A DNA stretch of 64,000 nt. Origin: Takakia lepidozioides. Taxonomy: Eukaryota; Plantae; Bryophyta. The stretch lies in assembly GCA_030704615.1 (NCBI GenBank), contig CM060734.1, positions 34,534,001 through 34,598,000 on the forward strand. Reading direction: 5' to 3'. Both the position numbers and the translations under genes were made by a program. Below the pieces are notes generated by a model. The model was not told the origin of the DNA and did no database searches. It was given only the letters and a program-made list of their open reading frames with translations. Positions 35,301 through 47,000 of the stretch are shown in pieces (within the stretch, counting starts at the first letter, position 1; each line of letters begins with the position of its first letter).

Positions 35301-38017
35301 AAGTAAGTACAGGCTCGGCCTTACCACACACATGTACTCCAGAAACGCCTCTCGAGTCAAAGAATACCAAGCGCCTGCAGCTCTTCCTGTTTCGCACTTC
35401 TTGATTATATCGGGGTGGAGTACTGTGCGAAAATCATCCAGCTTCATCAGACCAATTCTCTGAATTCGGAAAAGTGTGTGGACCAAGCTTGTTGTCACAT
35501 GTGATTTCTTTGTCGATCTGCAAAAAGAGTGGAAACAATGCATTGGTAAACATCGTTTTATGGTGGGATGAAGAAGACATTGAAGAGGCAATGGAGTCTC
35601 TAGGATGACTTACTTGTTCACGTCGTGCATAGCTGTAAGAAGCCTAGCGATGTCGTTTCCAGGATCTAGAACCATTGCCTCTACAACAACATGCTTGTCT
35701 TTGTCTTTTGAATGATGTTTCTGAATGTATCCCATCCATGCCTGCAATCGGTGGTTGCCGTCCCAGACGTAGAACATGGGTGTTATTTCCCATCATGAGG
35801 CCCAGCTCGAACTCCTCATTAATATCTTTCCAGCACTCATCCCAAGTATCGGTGATCTCAAGAGAGATGGGGACGAGTCTGCCAAGAGCTCGGAGAATAG
35901 CGATGAAACAGATGAACCTGAAGTGCACTACCTTGACAGGGTGAAAGAACTCATGTCATTCCAAAAGGTAAACTCCCAGGAGGTTATTAGGGACATGCTC
36001 GTCTCTAGAGGGCATCTTGACATCCCACTATGCCGGATAATATCTATGCATGTTGTGCGTCCTCCACTTTCCCATGACATTACAAAATTGGAAACTAATT
36101 TCGTGCATGGATACAGACTTGGTACACAAGTTTTTTATGTGTCACTGACGGATACAAATGGGAAAAACTTGCCTCTGTTCCTGTCAGCTTGGACTTCACA
36201 GTTTTCTGCACGATGCCATGCCAATCAGACACTCAGTTATGTGTAAATAGTGATGGTCGGCACTGACAATCACAGTCCACAGGCAAAACAATGACAGCAT
36301 AGTGACTTCAAAGTGATTAAAAATGTTCATGCAGCTTCTTTACAACAAAAAGTTCTCTATGTTCTGAAGGGACAACGATTGGCGGTAACGACAATCATAA
36401 TCTGTATGTGTAGCAAACAATAGCAGAATATGGCAAATCAAATCACTATGTCTGCAAAGTGAATGTCGGTACCGACCATCAGTCTGTCTTGTCTCAAATC
36501 ACAGTGATTGGCGGCACCGACAATCACAACCATCTACACTAACAAAGCTGATACAGACGAATGCAAACCAACACACTATGACTGCATAGTGATGGTCGGT
36601 ACCGACCATCACTCTCTTTCTGGGCAAGCAGGTACAGGAATGTCCCACGCATTAGCGAATGGCGTTAATGACAATAAAAAAACATTACACTCGAAAGACT
36701 GACAAGACCGGTTTGGTGCAAAGAAATATTTCTCATAGTGATTGGCGTCACCGACACTCACTTTAGTTTGTATCAGAAAGTGAGTGGAATGCACATTGTT
36801 TGAAATGCAAAAAGTCTATGTTTTCAAAGGAATGCGATTGACATTAATGACAACCACTTCTACCATGACTTAATGACAACCACTTTCTGCAGAAAACAAG
36901 AAACATAGTGTTGGAAAGGAAATCAGAGAGACTCCATTGTGATGGTCGTTAAAGACAATCACTATTTCTTGTCTCTTTGGAATGTACTTTGCAACTGTTT
37001 TTAGACATGAAGCTACAGTATGGTCTCAAGAAAAGTGATTGGCGGTACCGCCATTCCTCTTCCCTAGTCTGTTCAACCTGAAACAGAGAAAATGCAATGC
37101 AAAACAATATGACTGAATAGTGATGGTCGGTGCCGACCATCACTCTCTCTCCACGCATGCATGTACATGAAGCTCACGAGGAGAATCGAATGGCGTTAAC
37201 GACAATCACACTACACTACAATGGAAAACTGATAAGGTTGCGTTTGGTGCAAATCAATACTGGATCATAGTTACTGTCGGCACCGACACTCACTTTCTTT
37301 TGTATCAGAATGTGAGTTTTGAACGGCTCACCGCGACTCTCCACACCTGAGGAAGAACGGTCGTCTTTTGTTACGGTGATGGAAACGCCCATTACCACTG
37401 TTCATAGTAGGAAACCATTGCTCAGCATGCTAAAAAGTGCCATTCATGCCGACAATCACAGGTTCCTGCTATAGGAAAAAAAAAAAAAAAATCCTGGAAA
37501 GGCAATCAGAATGATTCTATGGTCTGAAGAACAGTGAATGGCGGTACCGCCAATCACAAACAACTGGTATGGGAAACCTGAAACAGAGGAATGCAAAGCA
37601 AATCAACATGACTTCATAGTGATGGTCGGTACCGACCATCACTTTCTAGGACATTTCACTCACTTACTTTGTACATCTGTAAACAAGAAAAAAAAGGGTG
37701 GAGAACACTTACTGGCGCCTTCTTCGGTTTTGAGTTTGGATCCCCTTCTACAGCTTTCATCTTCCCCTTCACATCTGTCGGAATTCCTGTCTGGTCTAGG
37801 GTTTGTAGACCTTCTCCCGGTTCTGCGTTCCCCGGACTTCCACCTCCTTCAGTTTCCTTGCGAATCTCTCTGCTTCCACAGTCTGGTTTCCAACGCTCAC
37901 TGTTCCCTCTGGTTGTGTGACAGCTGCAGCCTCATTCTCGGTCTGCTCTTGTATTGCAGTCTTCGCTTTCACCTGCTGCCGTGGCCGTGTGTTCTCCATC
38001 AAACGACGCCTCGTCAT
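32400..38017 (-). pseudogene. Transposon-borne ParB-like domain plus beta-class N4C/N6A DNA methyltransferase fusion gene (multi-exon, degenerate, internal inversion)
   Basis: ParB motifs VVRPP..L...F..GY (about 36050-36115, inverted to plus strand) and FYVWDGNHRLQAW (about 35775-35735, minus). MTase exons: 33769-33467 (VDMVILDIPDG..FLSDAGTLLLF), 33261-32977 (PWRGAKEKP..LLESCS..RVVDLSVSTG), 32885-about 32698 (GTYHACKAGGRSLFGMEGD); GT-AG introns with compatible phases. 3' end approximate. Confidence 0.75.
36250..37642. repeat. Array of about 15-17 copies of a 24-bp palindrome, best copies GTGATGGTCGGTACCGACCATCAC
   Basis: Perfect copies at 36589 and 37619; variants at 36250, 36375, 36459, 36504, 36738, 36939, 37035, 37120, 37186, 37270, 37534 and others; outlier at 33368. 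Confidence 0.9.
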
Positions 38018-38732
38018 TTGCTCTCTTGCTCTAAGTCTCTCTCTAAGGGAAGTAAAATAAAGTAACTTTTTTTTTTTTCGTATCGTAGAAGGAACCCTCT
38101 CTAGCTTGACTACCTCTCTCCCTCTAAGTGCGGAAACATGAAAGACAAAGTGACTCTCAATTTCTTGCGGAGTTGCGTGCGTAAGGGATTGTCTCTGAAA
38201 GCATCGGATTCCCTCTCGCGTGACCGTTACACAAATGTCATTCCCTTATTAGTGCACCTGTCAGCCATTACTGGACAACTGTTTGTCTGCAATGTAGTTT
38301 TCGAAGTCTAACGTGTGTCGCCCAAAATGAACGGCGTTTCGTTTATTTGAAGGGTTTCAATAATTGAATATAAAAGCGACAGATGTTATAAATGAATATA
38401 ACATTACAAATAAAAAATAAGTTGGTCTGACTGCTCCTAGATAATTATTTGGAATATGCCTATGTTGAAACTATGGGGCCATCTGGCGCACAAACTCAGA
38501 CAAATATATGTATGTAAACGAGTATTTGTTGACAAATTTCTGGATATCATACACACTCATCCTTGTAAGCCTACCCCACGTTCGTTGGAAACATCCTCCA
38601 CTCCCATCGTTGAGCTGATTCATCATATGAAGATATCACTGAAATCACTACTGACGTGCATCCTCTTGTAGTTGTGCAAGACGATGTTCAGGAGATCTCC
38701 AGTGTCATTCCAAAACTACGGTCAATGGGGGG

Positions 38733-41652
38733 ATGCCCGGTTTCAAAAGTGAGTTGCGGGGAATTCGTTGGGACACTTTCAATATTGTTCCTGTGAAATA
38801 TCTTCCAGAGACGTTTGATGGGGATATCATTTTCGAGCTCCCTCCTCCTCCTCATATTGTAGGTATCTCAAGCCTGATGCATGGTATGGACAAGAGACAC
38901 GATGGACACCCATGGTGTAGGACGAAAACGTCAAATATTCAAAATCATGACAAACTCATCTTTAGGAGAATAGTTTGCAATGGGCAACTCAAGTGCGAAA
39001 ATTTCAATTGCAGGCACTTTCTTCAATCGGGGGTTCACCACCAGAGCGAGTGAGAGGGTATCGCTGAAAATCCATTTAAGCCGGGGGCGGCTCCTTCGCA
39101 GACGGACACTTTCGTTTGCAAATTTTGTAAGCTTGTCCCATCCTGCCTGGCGGTGTGTGGTGCAAGAATGTACTACGTGGTGCACCGTTTGAAAACTGTG
39201 ACTCGAGCTTGTGTGCATTTCGGTTTTCATAACCATCCAGTCTCAAAGGGCGATTACAGGGAAAGTCTTGAGACAGTGTCGAGGTTGATTAAACAAGAGT
39301 ATGAGAGCAACCCATCCGCAACCACATCTGCAATCGCTCTTGCCGCAAACAAGAGCTTCTTGGATAGCCATATTTTATGTGCAGTGGATTCTGTGGGAAG
39401 TAAACTTGATGGACCAGCATTGGACATTGTCATGGATCATTTCTTAACATTGAGTTCACCCAACATTCGCCATCAGGTGAATGCATTGAGAATGCGCTCT
39501 GGAAATAGAGGCTACATTGACAACATTCTGGAATTGAAAGGAATGAGCAAGTACGACTACATACAGGACAATGTGTTTCCATGGCAAGGAGCGACAAAGG
39601 TATATCTTTTCAAAATGTCCACAACCGGGGAGGGCAACGGGGTGAGCCTCGTCAGGCGGATGCAGAAGAGTGGTGTTCTGGAGAAATGTTTTCTTATGTT
39701 TGATCACGTCAAATGGGTGAAAAATTGAACGACTATGGCTTGTCATGTGTACGATCATGTATGCCAGCGAGTTATGACAATTGCAGTTTGTGACATGCAA
39801 TCGGAGGATTCGGATTCTATGGCAGATAGTGCACAAGCGAATTTCAATGCTATGCGGATTATCTTCGGATCAGGGGACCCAAAGGTGCCAATGGAGGGAA
39901 GAGAGCGTACATGTCTGTTCTATTGGACCCAATCTCTGGAGAAACATACAAAAGAGGATATCAAACCTGAGATGCAGACACAACATCGTAAGTTGTGCAA
40001 AGAGTACAAAGATGCGAAATCAATAGCGGAGGCGAATACATTGTTCCAGACAATTTGTGCCTGGTGGTTCTCTTCAGGAGCAGCATCGCTTGACAGTATG
40101 AGAGCGTTGGAAGATTGGTTGGCGTTTTGACACTTCCGGTACAGATGGTGGGGAGCATCCATGACAACGGTACGTATCTAGTATTGCATGTATTTTCCAT
40201 ATCGTTCCAGGGTGCAGATATGTATTTGCTTGGGTGGTGTTGTAACCTCTTTGGTATTCTGAAGTGTGTTTTCCACTTTGCAGAACATGTCCATTGAGGA
40301 AATGGCAGACATGTCATCTTGCAATTTGGCAGAGACAGTGCACAACGCATGGTTGCAACAGTCCGGGAAACGGGGTCGGGATTTATATGTGGCAACAATA
40401 GATGATCTCATATGTGCACTCCAACAACAAACCAGATATCGTGACTTCTTGCAAGGAGGCGTTGGTGGGAAGGGTCCGGACAAACAAGAGTTGTTGTTGC
40501 GTGCTGCAAGCAGATCAGGGGATCCAAGCAAGATAGCACGAGCGTTGGACATGTGTTCCAAGGGAACGCCTCTTGTGTCTAGAGTTCCACATCTGGAAGG
40601 GGAGAAGAGATTCGGCTCCTGCAAGAGGAAATTGAACACCCCTCCTGATTCGGATTCCAATTCGCACAGGCCAGATATATATCTCTTATGCAAAGGACAC
40701 GAGGCGTGGAGAAGTTATCACGGTCCTTCTTGAGGAACCTGCGATAGGAGGGCAGACTCCAACATATAACAACCCCATTGCAATGGTGCAAGAGATAAAT
40801 TTGCTCCCTGACATTGTGGAGTCCATGTGCCCCGACCACATTTGGCACATAGAACGCACAAGTGCAGGGTCTCGTGTCAAATGTACGGCGATCAGGGCAA
40901 CCAATTCTGAGAAATGCACTTCTTCCATATCCAGAGGTGGTGCCCGCACTCTAACTCCAACTTTCACTGGTTTGATGTGCCCGTATGGGCAGCCAGAAAA
41001 ACCACAAGTTCTGATTCTGTGCAGACGATTGTGGGAGATGTGTGCATGGAACTGTGGACCTTCCGTGGTGATGAAGCCAAGTCCACCAGCTGTTTGGCCC
41101 GTGAAGTTGGGAACAAATCTCACAAATCAAGAGATTGCAATGCTAGAATAGGCAGGGTTTTCCCTTGCAAGACAACCCCCTGTGCGTGCATCTGCTTCCA
41201 GTTCTGGGAGTACAAGGGTCCCTCCGGTAGATGCTCATTTGTGGCCAACAAAACGAAATGGAAAACTTGTTCGGCATTTCCCTCCAACTGCAGAACACTT
41301 CGGCAAGGTGGAGTCGGCCGCTAGAATGCTCCAAGCTCGTGTTTATAGCACGACGGAGGTGCCCGATCCTGGGTATGGTCGGGTATACACAATGATCACA
41401 TCGACATCTGTTGTTCACGATAGGGCGTACGACATCATTGTTTCCAATTTCCCCAATTGCACCTGTCCTGATTTTGTTGGGATGCTATCAACTAGTTTGG
41501 GCAAGAGAGGTAAATTCGTACCCTGCAAACATTTGTACTTCATCTTCGTGAAGATGATGGTTTGTGATCCCAAACGTGACAACTTCATTCACCAGGCGAC
41601 AATGAGTTTCAACGAGATCAATACTCTCTTGCAACGGGATACAAGCACATAG
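38733..41652 (+). pseudogene. Mutator-type transposase with N-terminal GCM-like zinc domain and C-terminal SWIM finger (true start probably slightly upstream)
   Basis: DGHPW..C.G.L.C.N..C...C..C...C.A..HFGFHNHP; FDHVK..TMACHVYD; ADSAQAN; CLFYW; NLAETVHN; SWIM CTCPDF..CKHLYF; intron 40170-40283; several stops and frameshifts. Confidence 0.8.
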
Positions 41653-42219
41653 GTAGATGACTTGTTGTTTCTGGAATGTGGTGAAAGTTCAATCCGGTAT
41701 CGCAAATCTGAATTCAGGTTGGTTTCGACTGTGAGTATGCAAAGGGTACAACCATGATGTATAATGTATAGTTGGAACATTATCACTATCAAACATTCAA
41801 TTCAATAGCAGTATTCGTGAGGTTGTTGAATGATATGGCAGACCTTCTCCCTCCATTATGCTTCCAATTGTATAATATGTGTGCTCTCTTTGGCAATTTT
41901 ATGGAGCTCATGCATCATTGGTCCTGTGGGTGTCTACATGTGCTTCTTTCCAATGTTATCCGAATTGTCAATGTTATTTGGGGAGAGTCAGGGTGTCCCT
42001 ATGTTGTCATGTACGCCACTGAATTTGTGAGATTAGTTTGTCGTCATAGTAATTGCAAAACTGTCAAAATTACAGCATTAATTTCACCTATTCTGGAATG
42101 GACGCCACAGTTGTGGGCTTATTTCCCGTTTCGGATGTTTCATGGTAGTTTTCATGTTATTCACCAAACTATTGCCCAACATATCCCACGGTCATAGGAC
42201 CCTCAGGAATAGGCTCTTT

Positions 42220-42400
42220 ATGTTTCCGCTGACGTGGCACCACATCAGCAGCCAACTCCATGTCAGCTTGCTGACATTAGGCTCACGCCACATCAGCAGG
42301 ACTGTGGGCTCGCGCCACCTTAGCAGCCGTGAGTGTACGCTCACGCCACGTCACCAATCTGTGAGCGTACGTTCACGCGCAAGGCTCACGCCGTTGCGTC
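42220..42400. repeat. Subterminal CCACRTCAGC/GCTCACGCC motif cluster, probable right end region of the GCM-MULE
   Basis: Repeated ccacatcagc, gctgacgtgg and gctcacgcc motifs downstream of the transposase; no partner TIR identified. Confidence 0.45.
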
Positions 42401-43319
42401 GTTGCACTAAATGTATTTTTTCCATATCACGTGCGTACAAAGGTATATTTATACTAGGCTATATTTTTAAAATTTTGCATTTTTTTTCCATCCTATCTTT
42501 AGGTAATATTGTAAAACCCTTTGTTTTCTAACACCCTATTTTTTTTATAAATTTTTTGTAACAATTAATTAGACCCTATTTTAAATTGTCATTTTAAATA
42601 ATTACAAAATTTCAAAGCATGTACACAAACAAGTACATCCATATAACATAAGTCAAATGCCGGACCCAAAAAAAAATTTAATTTTCATTAGCCACGAACT
42701 TATTCAAAGCCGCAACATCACTTGGATCTAAAGAGTACAAGTTTTGAGATGGTTCAAATGTCATAGTCACTGTTGAGATTATGGTATCAACATCAATCCA
42801 CTCTGTATCACAGTAATCATATTTGAACTTCAAGTGACATTTACCTGATTTCATCCAGATGGATTAGAGCTAGATGAAATATGAGAAACTTCACAAAGAT
42901 GGATACATTCTACTATAGATAAAAGCGTTTATTACATTAACTGTTTAAGTAAAACTCTGGATTTTTGGTGACCCTAAAAATTGGTGAAAAGATATTTCCC
43001 TACCATATTCAATTTTCTGAGTAAAACTTTTCTAAAATTTACCTCAAGAAAATAAATCACACCCTATATTTGTTCTCATGTGGTTTTGAAAATACGGGGA
43101 GTGACCCCCCCAAGAGTTCAACAACCAACCAGTCCACAACCTGACCAAAATTCTGGATAAGCAAGCTCTTCAAATCAGATCCGTGCACCACAAAGAGTCC
43201 AGCGACGTGGAAGATTATGTCACAATCGGCCAAAAAGAATACAGATCAGCTTGCAACCTTGGGCACTAATGCTGGCAACATAGCTAGCTCTACGACAAGA
43301 TTATTTCGACGTCTTGTTC

Positions 43320-44410
43320 AAAATGCTAAAAGAGGATGTTGCACAGAAGCAGCAATATCAAGTGCAATTACAAACATTAAGAATTAGTTCATGAGCATTA
43401 GAATGTATGAGATACCTGAATCGAGTATTAGAGCGTGGATGGAAGGAAAATTCCATACAAAAAAATCGGGTGCAGCAACGTCTGAAACCCGATTTCACAT
43501 TTCAAGTGATAAAGCTTGATTTATAGCTTTAGCAGCAAGCCCTGCAAGTATATTTTTCGTACATCATCATTTCCCTTGTTTGTTACGTAGTTGTCTTTTT
43601 CTTTGCTGAAATAAGACTTGAATAGCCAAAAACGCTTACATCCAATGGCTGAAGTTTATGTGAAGTGTGTGGAGGTAGTAACAAAATATCTAATCACATC
43701 TTTGCTGCCTTCTCGGCTACGTCCAATGCAACGTGCGATCCATGTCCATCCACTAAAAGCAAATGACGATTTTCTTGGTTGACACCTCCAGGAACATTCC
43801 GTCTGAAATGAGAGAGCCAGTCAAGAAAAACGTCATTTGTCATGAATGATTTTTGGCCATAGCCATTTGGGCACCATCTTCACAGTGTTCAATGTATTCA
43901 GCATTTGCTCGTACCCCTTTGAATAAATAGAGGTTTGGAATTGATCGACTTGTTACGTTCACGCACACCAACACATTAATATGTTCTCGATTGGTGGGCA
44001 CAGTACTCTACACATTTTTAGATCCCCTTCGTGCCAAGACCTTTGATCTACAACTCCTTCTAGCCTCACAACCTGTTTCATCAATGTTCCAAATATTCGA
44101 AGGTGGGTAGTTATGTTTCGCCTACATAACAGAAAGATTCGATAGAAGCTTTCGACCACAACACGTTGCATATCAGCAGCTCTTTCTTTGTTGATGGCTT
44201 CAGATTTTCGAACTGAAACTTCTGGATGTCGTTTGAGAAAACCCTCCCACCAGTGTCGTCTTGGAACACCATCATTGAAAAGGGTCTCTCTGTCCATGAC
44301 TATCAAGTGGCAACTTTGCTACGAAGAATTGGGATTGTGATTCCATGTGCTCTCATTTGCATCTCCAAAATCCACTTGACAAGTGCATTTTCCTCCTCAC
44401 TTGTGACACC
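43320..44410. mobile_element. pogo/Fot1-like transposase relic: N-terminal HTH on plus (43320-43480), CENP-B HTH and DDE_1 on minus (44406-43480)
   Basis: YEIPESSIR..KKSGAAT on plus; EEENALVKWI, WWEGFLKRHP, IWNIDETG, MDGHGSH, LPPHTSHKLQPLDV on minus. Confidence 0.75.
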
Positions 44411-44439
44411 GGGTAACCAAGAAGATAACGGTACCTAGG

Positions 44440-45190
44440 GTACGCGGGGGTACCTTAGATACCCTGGGGTACTGAAGAGGGATTGGACTCGAGTTGACGC
44501 TTATTGGTAATGATAGCTGTTAGGGAGTGAAGCCCGGTGAGGTGAATAGCCTTGAAGCATTTGTGGATCGGGGGAATAGGGATTTTAAGATTATCGTGTA
44601 AAACGTTTATACTGGCGGTATAGATACCACCTCTAGTACTGGCTGTGATGACTGAAAAGGGTCCGATGCGCCACCCATGCTGGCGGATGGTGAGGATGGC
44701 CATATTTTGTTGTTTTTTCTAAGGTGGAGGAGGCTGGATATCGGTCATGACAGTATGTGAATTCGACGAAGTGAATGGTGAGTGCTGGGGAGGGGGAACT
44801 GGGTAGAGGGACATTGATGGGTAAACCTTGGACAAGTAGGATGTCCGTGCAGAGTTGAGAGGGGTATGTGCAGGGTGAATGAGGGCAAATACAGGGGAGG
44901 ATAGAAATGCGGAGACCATGTATCATGGGGTGGGTACACTAACTAAGGAGGTGGGGTCAAGTATCACGGACTAGGTGTGTGTGTGAACATAATGGGCAAT
45001 TGGGTGAATAAGCGTGGCTAGAAGATGTGCTTACATTGATGTCCCATATATTGAGCGTAGCGGAATTTGAGTGTTTGTCGAATTTGCGCGTCACTGGTAG
45101 TCTTGGTGTGCCAGAAGTGGTTAGATAACTTATGGTGAAGCACTGTAGATTGTGTCCATTTTTGGATGTGGGTTTTGGTGTGGCTGGTAG
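44440..45190 (-). mobile_element. 3' fragment of a LINE with restriction-like endonuclease (Dualen/RandI-like)
   Basis: SNHFW..AQIRQTLKFRYAQYMG..CPLC; TDILLVQG..IHFVEFTYCHD..K..KY; GW..GGIY..IITNKRQLE; frameshifted. Confidence 0.65.
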
Positions 45191-46148
45191 AAGCTAAAGC
45201 TTGTTTGTTAGAACGTGGATGAAAATGTTATGGAGAAGCCCGACTATTATCCAACATTACCACCAGAGATCTTCGGCAACGTGGATGGAAATGTTATGGA
45301 GGAGCAGACTCAAATGTGCTTCCCACAAATCGAAGCAAATGAAGCGCATCAGAATATCCATTTGCTTCATAACAGTGAGTTTAGTGCATTCCGTCCTTAC
45401 TGCATCAATATACATGGCTGTGACTTACAGTCCACCTTGTCTAAATGTTACCTTTATAAGTGTTAAACTGTTATAAATGTTAAGAAAATTTTACTCCCAA
45501 GTAGTTTATACTAGCAAGTGTTAAGTGTTAGTGTTAACAAAACTTTTACTCCCCTCTTCATTAAATTGCCCTTTATAAGTGTTAAATGCACCATATGAGC
45601 TTTATTTATTAATACAAGATAAGTTCTAGCTAGGTTAAGATAAGCTCCAGCTAGCTTAAGATAAGATTTCTTTCCCTATCTCCACCAATCACATGACGAT
45701 TAGACAATACTTAGAAGAAGGAAGCTGGCATGAGACCGCGTTCGTCTCATATTTTGCTTCAGCATAGATGGCGTAGATGCTTTTGAGATGGAGTGTGTTT
45801 TTGAGAGAGCTGATCATCTTTGTGTTAGTTGTACATGTGTGAGATATTTTGCAAGTAAATGGTATAGAGATAGCACTTCCAAGTGCACATGTAAATTAAA
45901 TCATTCTAGGAGTCTAGGACTTGATTTTTCAATTAGGAAGAAGTGGATTTCCTGTCAAAGTCACAAAAAAAAATACAGAGTTCTGCCTCTATGAATCAAA
46001 CGCAGAAGATGACAGTTCAGATTCTGAAATAGACTTGGGTGTGTAGTTACTAAATAATATTATCATAGCATTTTGGTAGTGACTGTCACGATTAATATTA
46101 GAGCAGGTTGTACCCTATTTTGTTATTCAGTCTTCAACACCAACCGAA

Positions 46149-47000
46149 ATGGGAAAGGAGCTCACTAACCTACAGAGAAAAGAGATTAAAGAGCATCGCG
46201 AGAACACCCAAATCTCCAATCGAGCTCTTACAGCGTGGGCTAACGAGAAATTTAGTACCTCCGTTTCAGAGATGACTATTTCCAGACTTCTGAAAAACAA
46301 GACAGGCTATTTGGGAAGAGCAGATCAGCGACCTCAGTCCAAACAATTTAGAATTTTTTTATGTCCAGCAGTAGATAAAGCCACATATGCTTGGTTTTAG
46401 CGATGCAGGAGAGGTCGGCTACCCTATCAGATGATCTTTTGTGTGCTGCAGCCAAAAGTTTTTATACACGAATCCATAGCAGAGAGCATCAATTCTCCCA
46501 TGGTTGGGTGGAGGGGTTCAAAAAACGAGAGAATATTCGGGGTTTTACAAGGCATAGGGAGGCGGGATCTGCCTATACTTCTCTCGAAACTGCAGCTTGC
46601 ATTCAAGAAATCAAGGACATTGTGTCAAGTTACCATCCTAATGATGTTTTTAAGATGGACGAAACGGGTCTTTTTTTTCAGGCCAGAACCGAATCGAACG
46701 CTTGCTACACGCAGACTCTCTGGAGAGAAAAAACATAAAGAAAGAATCACTGTTGCTCTCACGTCCAATGCAGATGGCAATATCAATTAAGTTGCCACCT
46801 TTTATCACTCACAAATATGCTCGACTTAGAGCGTTTAAAAGACGAAATATTTCGAATCCTGAAAATCTGAATATATTGTGGTCTGCGAGCAGTAAGGCGT
46901 GGATGACAATTCCTCTATTTGAGAAATTTTTGTTGGACTTTGAGAAAAGAATGCGTGCAGTAGGCAGAGACAAGGTGCTGCTTCTACTTGATAATTAAAT
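46149..47000 (+). mobile_element. Tigger/pogo (CENP-B-like) transposase relic, 3'-truncated
   Basis: TISRLLK, FSHGWVEGFKKR, MDETGLF, KERITVAL.SNADG, KAWMT, VLLLLDN spread over frameshifted ORFs. Confidence 0.85.

Noticed and set aside
36250-37642. CRISPR array
   Set aside because: Eukaryotic intron, no cas genes, degenerate repeats, variable spacing, and spacers that are homologous to each other through higher-order duplication (36504-36790 vs 37035-37320).
13111-42580. AATAGGGTCT / AGACCCTATT as TIRs of a single 29-kb composite element
   Set aside because: Only 10 bp, no TSD; termini of both MULEs remain undefined.
42680-42845. Minus-strand coding-like fragment ending in a splice acceptor
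   Set aside because: Too short to assign; probably a remnant of another transposase.
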